Source: Vicugna vicugna
Lineage: Eukaryota
DNA length: 64,000 bases
Direction of reading: 5' to 3'
Assembly (NCBI GenBank): GCA_013265495.1
Contig: MU058198.1
Location: forward strand, 1,624,419 to 1,688,418
In this document: piece after piece, positions 61,001 through 64,000 of the stretch
Layout: each line of letters begins with the position of its first letter
Numbering within the stretch: the stretch's first letter is position 1
The notes under the pieces: model-generated
Told to the model about the DNA's origin: nothing
Databases searched by the model: none
The model's input: the letters and a program-made list of their open reading frames with translations, nothing else
Program-made: the position numbers and the translations under genes

Positions 61001-63447
61001 TGTTAGAAATCAGCTTTGAAATCCGAGCCATCACTTTGTCCTCCTCAGGGGCAATCATGTCTTTTCGGATTCCATTGGTCAAATAGTAATAGTATCTCTT
61101 CCATAAACAAACCATCAGCAAGAAAATGATCATAATCAATTGGTAACTGTGCCCACCTGCCCACACCCATCAGCTGCCAAGGAGCCCTGATCACACAGTA
61201 CCCGTCTCTACCCTTCACTCGCTCTGGGCCTGTGGCTTCACCCTCATTGCAATAAGATCACTGGTGAGTATTCCTCATGACTCTAGGGGAGTCAGTCGAA
61301 GCCAGAGATGTCAGTGGGGTGTAAGGAAGGACTTGTCACCTGCCACGCAGGTAGGAACAGTGGAAGGAGCACTGAGGCCAGGGATGGAGGCAGCATATCT
61401 GATGAGCTTTAAGAAGAATGACAAGCTCCTCAAATGAACTCAGATAATTTGCCCTCCTCAACAACAACGATCCTCCACAAAGAAAGCACTTTGATCCTGC
61501 GGCTTGTAGCTGTCTGTGGGGAAGAAACCTTTAAGTCCAAGTGAGACTTACACTAGTTCTAATCCAACCATGGGACTTTGGAGTTTAGAAAAGCAACATA
61601 AACACACCAACTGAACAAAAATGTCCAATAACCTGGTGATGTCAGGAAGTTTTGCTTATTTAGGGCTTGCCTCCAAGCTACTGGGTGGCTGAGTGGCTCT
61701 AGAGACGAACAATTTCAGGTGGATGAGAAGCACAAAGTACAGGGAAAGGGTTTGGAGACAAGCTTTGAGCTTCGGTGCCAATTGTCTGTGGTCAGATGTT
61801 GAGTTTATGTCTCTCCAACCTTAATACGGAACAAACTTCCAAACTTCCCTTGTTATGAGAACTGCCTAAGGTGAGGAGAGAGGCTCCTGTTAAAATGCAG
61901 ATTCATAGGCCCTTCCTAAGGAGCTTGGGATTTGTTAACAAGCACCCCAGGTGATCCTTCAGACAAGTCTGAGGAATGCTGTGCAGCATCGAAGGGCACA
62001 GAGACATTTAGTATCAGCCAGACCTGGTCTAAGTTCTAGTTTTGCCTCTTACTGACTGTATAACCTTGAGCAAATTGCTTAATCAGTTTCCACCCCAATT
62101 TCCATGCCAGGACAACGGGAATAATCATAGTTTCCAGGTCTTAAATGGGGCCAAGCCTCTAGAGGGTGTTTCAGCATGGAATTTTGCTAATAGCACATGC
62201 TCAGTCACTGTGAGTTTTTATTATTAATCATTTTCACTATACACTATAAATTCACAAGCTATTTGCTCTATAGTTTTTTTGTTCTTCTTTTAAGATAGGG
62301 GTTGGAAACTCAAAAGTCTGTCTGGGACCAAGTAGGTAATGTCAACAACTGAAAGTTGGCTGGACATAAGAAAATAATAAGGAATGGTGGAGACTGAGAC
62401 AAACCAGAGAATGCCTTTCTTATCTAAGGGATGTAGCTACTGTTTAGCTTCAAATATTATATTTTTTTCAAGAGAAGTTAGAAATCTAGCTTATGTGAGA
62501 GTTCCTTCATTTTCAAAACACATCTGTAGGCTAAATTCAGCCCATGGTAGGGGTTGCCAGATAAGATACAGGATGCACTGGGATATATTTATACTGAAAA
62601 GTTTTTCATTGTTTATTTGAAGTTCAAATTTAACTGGATGTCTTATGTTTTGTTTTTATTTTTCAAAATCTGACAACCTTAGCCTATGGGTCACCATTTT
62701 GCAACCTATGTTCTAAGAGGACTCAAAGGCACCGATTTCTAAGACTTACCAGAGCAGAGAATTCTCACACACACACACACACACACACACTTATTCAGTA
62801 GTCTGTCATGGGGTCTGGACTTCTGTATTTTTAAAACACTCCCCAGGTGACTCTGCTGTTTTTCCCCAGTTTAGGATCACTGAGATGCCAAAAGTAATAC
62901 TTAGCAAATTGAGAGAAAAGAGGCAACAAGAACGTACCTCCAAGTCTGATTCAGATGGTTTGGTTTCTTTACTTTCTATTTCCATCTCCTGCTGTAACAT
63001 CACACCAATCTGCTCTTCAGGACTCATTGGTCTGCTTCCTGGGAGGGTCAAAGTCACTACCTCTTTCTTCACAGGTGAGGAGGCTGAGGTGTTACAGGCC
63101 AACCTGGTCCTGAAAAGCATGCACAGCTCAGCCCTTGCTTCCACAGAACACCTCATAGGTTTGTTGGCATTGGTTTGGCTTAGTTGGCTGATTTATTTTT
63201 ATCAAGAGCCTCAAAAAATTAGGTTAAGAGGACTGGTGGGGAAAAAAACATGAGTAACTAGGTATCCAGGGATGCTTTAAAGTCAACAAGCAGAGTGTGG
63301 CTTCCGTGAGACCACAGCCTTCTTTCATTCAGCCTGGTGTCCCGCAATCCCCTGTGCCCATAGGAACACCTTACCCAATGGGATCCTCTTTGCCTTTGGG
63401 GGAGAACTTCATTTTCTTCTTGTTGGGCTTTGATGAGCTTTTACTTG
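507..63447 (-). CDS. DNAH3: Dynein axonemal heavy chain 3, partial (30 coding exons in window; 5' and 3' ends outside)
   Basis: Exons joined by hand give a continuous ORF of 4448 nt with consistent phases and all GT-AG introns. Peptides ([75 protein letters not shown]) match my recollection of human DNAH3. Confidence 0.95.
1027..1059. repeat. (CA)n microsatellite
   Basis: Direct reading. Confidence 0.95.
1290..1575 (+). mobile_element. MLT1-type (MaLR) LTR fragment
   Basis: 3' end motifs (gtaaacttttgctgtgctaaggcactgg...ccctaactaata) typical of old MLT1; boundaries approximate. Confidence 0.55.
2557..2648 (-). CDS. DNAH3: DNAH3 exon W29 (92 nt; [13 protein letters not shown]...GFLDSR)
   Basis: ttccag|GCC acceptor, AG|gtatgt donor. 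Confidence 0.96.
3030..3250 (+). mobile_element. MIR SINE
   Basis: MIR core-like (gagtccctgctctgctacctact...ggcaagtta...cctcag...aaaatgg); boundaries approximate. Confidence 0.65.
4160..4405 (+). mobile_element. MER102-like hAT DNA transposon fragment
   Basis: aaaaatcagatttcacatagaaatccaaatatctggcttttcctgaaaaagaagatctg resembles recalled MER102 consensus. Confidence 0.55.
4657..4833 (-). CDS. DNAH3: DNAH3 exon W28 (177 nt; [10 protein letters not shown]...[19 protein letters not shown])
   Basis: ctccag|GTA acceptor, AAG|gtaaac donor; AAA1 sensor I region. Confidence 0.96.
5577..5690 (-). CDS. DNAH3: DNAH3 exon W27 (114 nt; AAA1 Walker B, CVVFNCSD...[11 protein letters not shown])
   Basis: ccctag|TGT acceptor, GAG|gtaacc donor; translated by hand. 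Confidence 0.96.
5918..6026 (-). CDS. DNAH3: DNAH3 exon W26 (109 nt; AAA1 Walker A GPAGTGKT)
   Basis: ccttag|G acceptor, CAG|gtaggg donor; [36 protein letters not shown]. Confidence 0.97.
7303..7501 (-). CDS. DNAH3: DNAH3 exon W25 (199 nt; ARDVVAKL...[22 protein letters not shown])
   Basis: ccacag|CT acceptor, AG|gtatgc donor; Yx[16 protein letters not shown] marks the start of AAA1. Confidence 0.96.
8406..8458. repeat. Alternating purine-pyrimidine tract (TG)n(CG)n
   Basis: 53 bp of uninterrupted RY alternation with a CG-rich core. Confidence 0.9.
8878..9060 (+). mobile_element. MIR SINE
   Basis: ggaatcagacacaggttcaaa...gctgtgtgcctctcagcaagttact...; boundaries approximate. Confidence 0.6.
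9378..9492 (-). CDS. DNAH3: DNAH3 exon W24 (115 nt; [10 protein letters not shown]...ALTVIDVH)
   Basis: tgccag|GAT acceptor, ACG|gtaagc donor; translated by hand. Confidence 0.94.
9650..10810 (+). mobile_element. Old L1M-type 3' UTR fragments flanking a younger L1
   Basis: L1MC/ME-like 3' UTR motifs at 9650-9850 and 10490-10800. Confidence 0.6.
9851..10440 (+). mobile_element. Lineage-specific L1, 5'-truncated (ORF2 C-terminus, 3' UTR and A-rich tail)
   Basis: Translates as [45 protein letters not shown] (L1 ORF2 C-terminus), followed by AATAAA and an A-rich tail. Confidence 0.9.
10830..11050 (+). mobile_element. MIR SINE
   Basis: gtgattctgggcaaatgattttaac...gtctcag...gaggattaaatgagat...aaagcacctggcacagtg. 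Confidence 0.7.
11675..11832 (-). mobile_element. tRNA-derived SINE (camelid vic-1-like)
   Basis: Minus strand reads gggtatagctcaagtggtagagtgcg...gggttc...aaacctaattacc plus an A-rich tail; degenerate flanking direct repeat agtcaga(a/t)tttt. Confidence 0.85.
12905..13015 (-). CDS. DNAH3: DNAH3 exon W23 (111 nt; [15 protein letters not shown]...EKTLP)
   Basis: tcccag|GTC acceptor, CCG|gtaagt donor; translated by hand. Confidence 0.94.
13427..13645 (+). mobile_element. MER58A-like hAT-Charlie element
   Basis: tatggcctgagggccaaat...ctatctgaccctttacagaaaaagtttgctg matches recalled MER58. Confidence 0.75.
14360..14452 (-). CDS. DNAH3: DNAH3 exon W22 (93 nt; [12 protein letters not shown]...EAYVQ)
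   Basis: ccgcag|GGC acceptor, CAG|gtaaat donor; translated by hand. Confidence 0.94.
14785..14980. mobile_element. MER5-type element containing (TG)n at about 14917-14940
   Basis: gctgtgcattggaatcatctggag...cccagagattctaatttaattgg. Confidence 0.65.
15655..15856 (-). CDS. DNAH3: DNAH3 exon W21 (202 nt; [14 protein letters not shown]...YPAHAK)
   Basis: atacag|G acceptor, AAA|gtaact donor. Confidence 0.95.
16134..16311. mobile_element. MER5B-like hAT MITE
   Basis: Terminal inverted repeats cagtggttcttaa...ttgagaaccactg. Confidence 0.8.
16578..17048 (+). mobile_element. MLT1 (H-like) MaLR solo LTR
   Basis: caagaggtggagtct...cccttgaacctgg...gttgctgttttaagc...aaattaaca. Confidence 0.75.
17780..17985. 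mobile_element. MER3-like hAT element
   Basis: gtcacactagccacatttcaagtgc...agccacatgtggctaatggctac...agaaagttctgttggacaatgctg. Confidence 0.8.
18824..18960 (-). CDS. DNAH3: DNAH3 exon W20 (137 nt; [12 protein letters not shown]...[11 protein letters not shown])
   Basis: acctag|GTG acceptor, AG|gtattc donor; translated by hand; YLEKKRxxFPRF motif. Confidence 0.94.
20335..20514 (-). CDS. DNAH3: DNAH3 exon W19 (180 nt; KWEEKL...[13 protein letters not shown]...LMSQA)
   Basis: ttacag|AAG acceptor, GCT|gtgagt donor; WxYLEPIF dynein motif. Confidence 0.95.
21324..21440 (-). CDS. DNAH3: DNAH3 exon W18 (117 nt; [18 protein letters not shown]...EAECR)
   Basis: ttgcag|GAT acceptor, CGG|gtaaga donor. 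Confidence 0.95.
22729..23028 (+). mobile_element. MER21-like LTR (interrupted by the next element)
   Basis: tgtgatttaaaataagaaatacgtatttggtctttgtccc...aaacccttggaatttcc...gattagagggttggaa. Confidence 0.6.
23029..23725 (+). mobile_element. ERV1-type solo LTR
   Basis: About 700 bp with degenerate TG..CA ends (tataacc...gttcgatgata), TATAAAA at 23552-23558 and AATAAA at 23638-23643. Confidence 0.7.
24000..24175. mobile_element. MER5A hAT MITE
   Basis: ttcaaaatgtggtcc...ttgggagcttgttggaactgcagaacctcaggccccagcccagacctgctgaatcagaa. Confidence 0.8.
24370..24620 (+). mobile_element. L1MA-type 3' end
   Basis: aaagttgctaagagactagaccttaa...cattgtacaccttgaa...atgtcaattacacctcaata. Confidence 0.75.
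24738..24852 (-). CDS. DNAH3: DNAH3 exon W17 (115 nt; [16 protein letters not shown]...KYRDT)
   Basis: ctttag|A acceptor, ACT|gtgagt donor. Confidence 0.95.
25060..25596 (+). mobile_element. MLT1B-like MaLR solo LTR (interrupted by a SINE)
   Basis: gggctgaattgt...cctaatccaatatgaccggtgtccttataagaagagg...aagccctagaaaactaaca. Confidence 0.85.
25103..25235 (+). mobile_element. tRNA-derived SINE (camelid vic-1-like) with 13-bp TSD
   Basis: A box agctcagtggtagag, B box ggttcaattcc, A-rich tail; TSD aaatcatgtgttg at 25090-25102 and 25236-25248. Confidence 0.9.
25600..25773. mobile_element. MER20 hAT-Charlie element
   Basis: ggctgtcctgtgcactgtgggatgtttagcagc...caaccaaaaatgtctccaga...gttgagaactactg. 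Confidence 0.8.
27530..27845. mobile_element. MER33/MER3-like hAT element
   Basis: atagctacatttcaagggctgagtagccacatg...actggacagtgctg. Confidence 0.65.
27848..27996. mobile_element. MER5A hAT MITE
   Basis: tttctgattcagcagatggggtggggcctgaga...atttctaacaagttcccaagtgatgctgatgc. Confidence 0.8.
28591..28682 (-). CDS. DNAH3: DNAH3 exon W16 (92 nt; [11 protein letters not shown]...GKFIEK)
   Basis: ttgcag|ATC acceptor, AA|gtaagg donor. Confidence 0.94.
29931..30055. mobile_element. MER91-like palindromic MITE
   Basis: Perfect 14-bp inverted repeat gtacagttgtgcag (29943-29956) / ctgcacaactgtac (30030-30043); cagg...cctg termini. Confidence 0.75.
30265..30570. mobile_element. MER33-like hAT element
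   Basis: gctgtccaatacacagccactaacc...aaatgtggctactggaaac...tactgggcagc. Confidence 0.7.
32666..32708 (+). repeat. (GGGCT)n pentamer repeat plus G-run
   Basis: ggctgggctgggctgggctgggctgggctggttggggggtggg. Confidence 0.9.
32722..32933 (-). CDS. DNAH3: DNAH3 exon W15 (212 nt; [14 protein letters not shown]...[11 protein letters not shown])
   Basis: tttcag|GA acceptor, CAG|gtccct donor (weak). Contains the conserved NPxMKDRHW motif of the dynein linker-proximal region. Confidence 0.93.
33290..34690 (+). mobile_element. Older L1 (L1M-type), degraded ORF2 3' part and 3' UTR
   Basis: [15 protein letters not shown] RT segment and [16 protein letters not shown]2 peptide; many stops and indels. Confidence 0.85.
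34730..34832 (-). mobile_element. Short young L1 3' end
   Basis: Poly-T on the plus strand followed by the reverse complement of the same L1 3' UTR seen at 10320-10420. Confidence 0.75.
35995..36341 (+). mobile_element. Young L1 3' end with internally duplicated A-rich tail
   Basis: gggataaattgggagtttgagattt...tgctgtacaccagaaattgacac, same family as 10200-10420. Confidence 0.85.
36680..36824 (-). CDS. DNAH3: DNAH3 exon W14 (145 nt; [12 protein letters not shown]...SEEWMN)
   Basis: ctgcag|TTG acceptor, ATG|gtatgc donor. Confidence 0.95.
37591..37744 (-). CDS. DNAH3: DNAH3 exon W13 (154 nt; [14 protein letters not shown]...ALVEFE)
   Basis: tttcag|G acceptor, GAG|gtttgg donor; translated by hand. 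Confidence 0.93.
38179..38240. repeat. (ATGG)n tetranucleotide repeat
   Basis: Direct reading. Confidence 0.9.
38965..39493 (+). mobile_element. MLT1F-like MaLR solo LTR
   Basis: cacacctcctggtg...gggatgtcacttcaaagattaggttacaaaaagactg...ttgttttaagctgcta...taattaataca. Confidence 0.8.
41290..41460 (-). mobile_element. L1 3' end fragment
   Basis: ttttattgaggtatagttgac...gtttcaggtgtacaacacagtgatt. Confidence 0.75.
41917..41978. repeat. (TG)11 and (CA)9 arranged as an inverted pair
   Basis: TG run at 41917-41938 and CA run at 41961-41978. Confidence 0.9.
42587..42710 (-). CDS. DNAH3: DNAH3 exon W12 (124 nt; [18 protein letters not shown]...EMDLIKR)
   Basis: ttgcag|AA acceptor, AG|gtacag donor. 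Confidence 0.92.
43923..44107 (-). CDS. DNAH3: DNAH3 exon W11 (185 nt; [11 protein letters not shown]...MDYADLP)
   Basis: ttgcag|C acceptor, CCC|gtaagt donor. Confidence 0.95.
45308..45700. mobile_element. MLT1 LTR fragment (minus) followed by a MER21-like LTR fragment
   Basis: aaaatttattttctcacagtctagaggctgggaagtccaaggtcaagg, then ggttcctggcacagagcccctgaaaccctt. Confidence 0.65.
46893..47290 (+). mobile_element. Old MLT1 (J/K-like) LTR
   Basis: gaggatgtaagtctggagctgctgggg...cttacaaccaaaaatgtcttgactaata. Confidence 0.55.
47758..47936 (-). CDS. DNAH3: DNAH3 exon W10 (179 nt; [11 protein letters not shown]...VNRDTNT)
   Basis: ctacag|AGG acceptor, AG|gtatca donor. Confidence 0.95.
48119..48224 (-). 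CDS. DNAH3: DNAH3 exon W9 (106 nt; [18 protein letters not shown]...DDFVT)
   Basis: cggaag|A acceptor, ACG|gtagga donor; translated by hand. Confidence 0.92.
48790..49035. mobile_element. MER46/Tigger-like TcMar element
   Basis: ttctgaaatccaaaaatttctgag...gataatggaggtgaacctgta. Confidence 0.6.
49272..49408 (-). CDS. DNAH3: DNAH3 exon W8 (137 nt; [16 protein letters not shown]...NQVGPCK)
   Basis: ctttag|GTG acceptor, AA|gtaagt donor; translated by hand. Confidence 0.93.
49432..49796 (-). mobile_element. Composite SINE plus L1 3' end flanked by one 15-bp TSD
   Basis: TSD tagaagccactttta at 49417-49431 and 49797-49811. SINE body about 49683-49796, L1 3' UTR about 49455-49625, both on the minus strand. 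Confidence 0.88.
51954..52034 (-). CDS. DNAH3: Candidate alternative DNAH3 exon ([27 protein letters not shown]); may extend to the stop at 51891
   Basis: ggacag|ATA phase-0 acceptor and AGG|gtgtgt phase-0 donor, 81 nt. The peptide resembles a segment I recall from an annotated human DNAH3 isoform (LKYIPLKFSF...AAEPGEP). Confidence 0.45.
52962..53141 (-). CDS. DNAH3: DNAH3 exon W7 (180 nt; [11 protein letters not shown]...NSKGIPK)
   Basis: ttgaag|GAT acceptor, AAG|gtatgg donor. Confidence 0.95.
54585..54704 (-). mobile_element. tRNA-derived SINE (camelid vic-1-like)
   Basis: Same family as the 11.7, 25.1 and 49.7 kb copies; TSD tctttaaa(t/c)tttctt at 54570-54584 and 54705-54719. Confidence 0.85.
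54959..55154 (-). CDS. DNAH3: DNAH3 exon W6 (196 nt; WIPTCAQLF...SFFMIHK)
   Basis: ttacag|A acceptor, AAG|gtatgt donor. Confidence 0.95.
55947..56072 (-). CDS. DNAH3: DNAH3 exon W5 (126 nt; [18 protein letters not shown]...RQILLSK)
   Basis: ggcag|A acceptor, AA|gtcagt donor. This frame is not in the ORF track and was translated by hand. Confidence 0.92.
58288..58740 (+). mobile_element. L1MB-type 3' end
   Basis: tatagccatacaatggaatattat...tatccagaataggtaaatccgtagagatagaaagcagatta. Confidence 0.85.
59372..59567 (-). CDS. DNAH3: DNAH3 exon W4 (196 nt; [14 protein letters not shown]...KELWFAE)
   Basis: ttatag|TT acceptor, GA|gtaaga donor. Confidence 0.95.
60620..60750. mobile_element. MER5A fragment
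   Basis: gcatcacttgggagcttgttagaagtgcag...ctgcattttcacaagatcc. Confidence 0.7.
60908..61097 (-). CDS. DNAH3: DNAH3 exon W3 (190 nt; [13 protein letters not shown]...SSLMKSI)
   Basis: ggaag|AGA acceptor, ATCG|gtaagg donor. Confidence 0.94.
62296..62710 (-). mobile_element. MER102-like hAT element interrupted by MER53
   Basis: Termini ggggttggaaac...tttgcaacc; internal motifs are the reverse complement of those in the 4.2-kb copy. Confidence 0.55.
62548..62681. mobile_element. MER53-like MITE with 8-bp TSD
   Basis: TIRs tagggttgccaga...tctgacaaccta; TSD gcccatgg (62540-62547) / gcctatgg (62682-62689). Confidence 0.75.
62766..62790. repeat. (CA)n microsatellite
   Basis: Direct reading. Confidence 0.95.
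62938..63109 (-). CDS. DNAH3: DNAH3 exon W2 (172 nt; TRLACNTS...[11 protein letters not shown]...PSESDLE)
   Basis: tttcag|G acceptor, GAG|gtacgt donor, in frame. Confidence 0.92.
63375..63447 (-). CDS. DNAH3: DNAH3 exon W1 (73 nt; [24 protein letters not shown])
   Basis: ttttag|CAAG acceptor, TGG|gtaagg donor. Phase fits W2. Divergent but alignable to the recalled human N-terminal tail. Confidence 0.8.
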
Positions 63448-64000
63448 CTAAAACAGTGGGAAAGAAAGACATCAGTGATGCGCAGTGGCCTTGGGCCATC
63501 CTCAGTCTATAGGGACGTGCGTCTCAGGACAGTCCAGCAGCACACTAAGGGTAGTGGATCTGGCATGGCGGGATGAGGCAAGACATGTGGGCCCTGGTCC
63601 CACCTGTACCACTAACAACCTGTGTGACTCTAAAGAAGTGACTTCATCACTCCAAGCCTCAGCTTGCACAGCTGTGAAATGGGGATAAGCACACCCCTGT
63701 TCTCTCATACATTGGAGGAGTATCAATAATTGCTCAATTCACTCCCCAATCCTATATGGTCTATTTTCTAAACATCAGGTATATTACTGTTCAATATTTT
63801 TCTTTAAAGAGATTCAGACTTTTAAACTTAATATATTTATTTTAAAGGAAAAATTATATGATTATCACAAATAGAAAAACCAGTATGATTTGAAATAAAT
63901 ATAATTATTACAAATAGAAAAACCAATATCATTTGTAATAAATAGAAGGTATTACAATAAACATCATTTGCAATAAATAAATCCAATAAGTAATATAAAA

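Noticed and set aside
507..63447. Possibility that DNAH3 is a pseudogene or lacks exons here
   Set aside because: All 30 exons join in phase with canonical splice sites, no stops and intact AAA1 motifs.
1..64000. CRISPR arrays, operons, rRNA, snoRNA or a nested protein-coding gene
   Set aside because: Eukaryotic intron-exon sequence; no spacer-repeat arrays, no convincing C/D or H/ACA box pairs and no second spliced ORF found by eye.

Overview
Mammalian genomic DNA, probably camelid judging from the tRNA-derived SINE family and young L1 3' ends. The whole window lies inside one minus-strand gene, DNAH3 (axonemal inner-arm dynein heavy chain 3). I traced 30 consecutive coding exons from 63447 down to 507 (4448 nt, about 1482 codons). 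All have canonical GT-AG sites, matching phases and no stops. They encode the N-terminal tail, the linker region and most of AAA1 (Walker A GPAGTGKT, Walker B CFDEFNR). The start and the rest of the motor lie outside the window. Introns are filled with MIR, L1, MLT1/ERV LTRs, MER DNA transposons, SINEs and microsatellites. The most interesting intron is 49409-52961. It holds an in-frame candidate alternative exon (52034 to 51954 or 51891), a repeat-free CpG-retaining ORF-rich island (50463-51310), and a SINE+L1 composite under one 15-bp TSD next to a splice acceptor. I found no novel multi-gene system. Gene and repeat family names come from recalled sequences, not from database searches.
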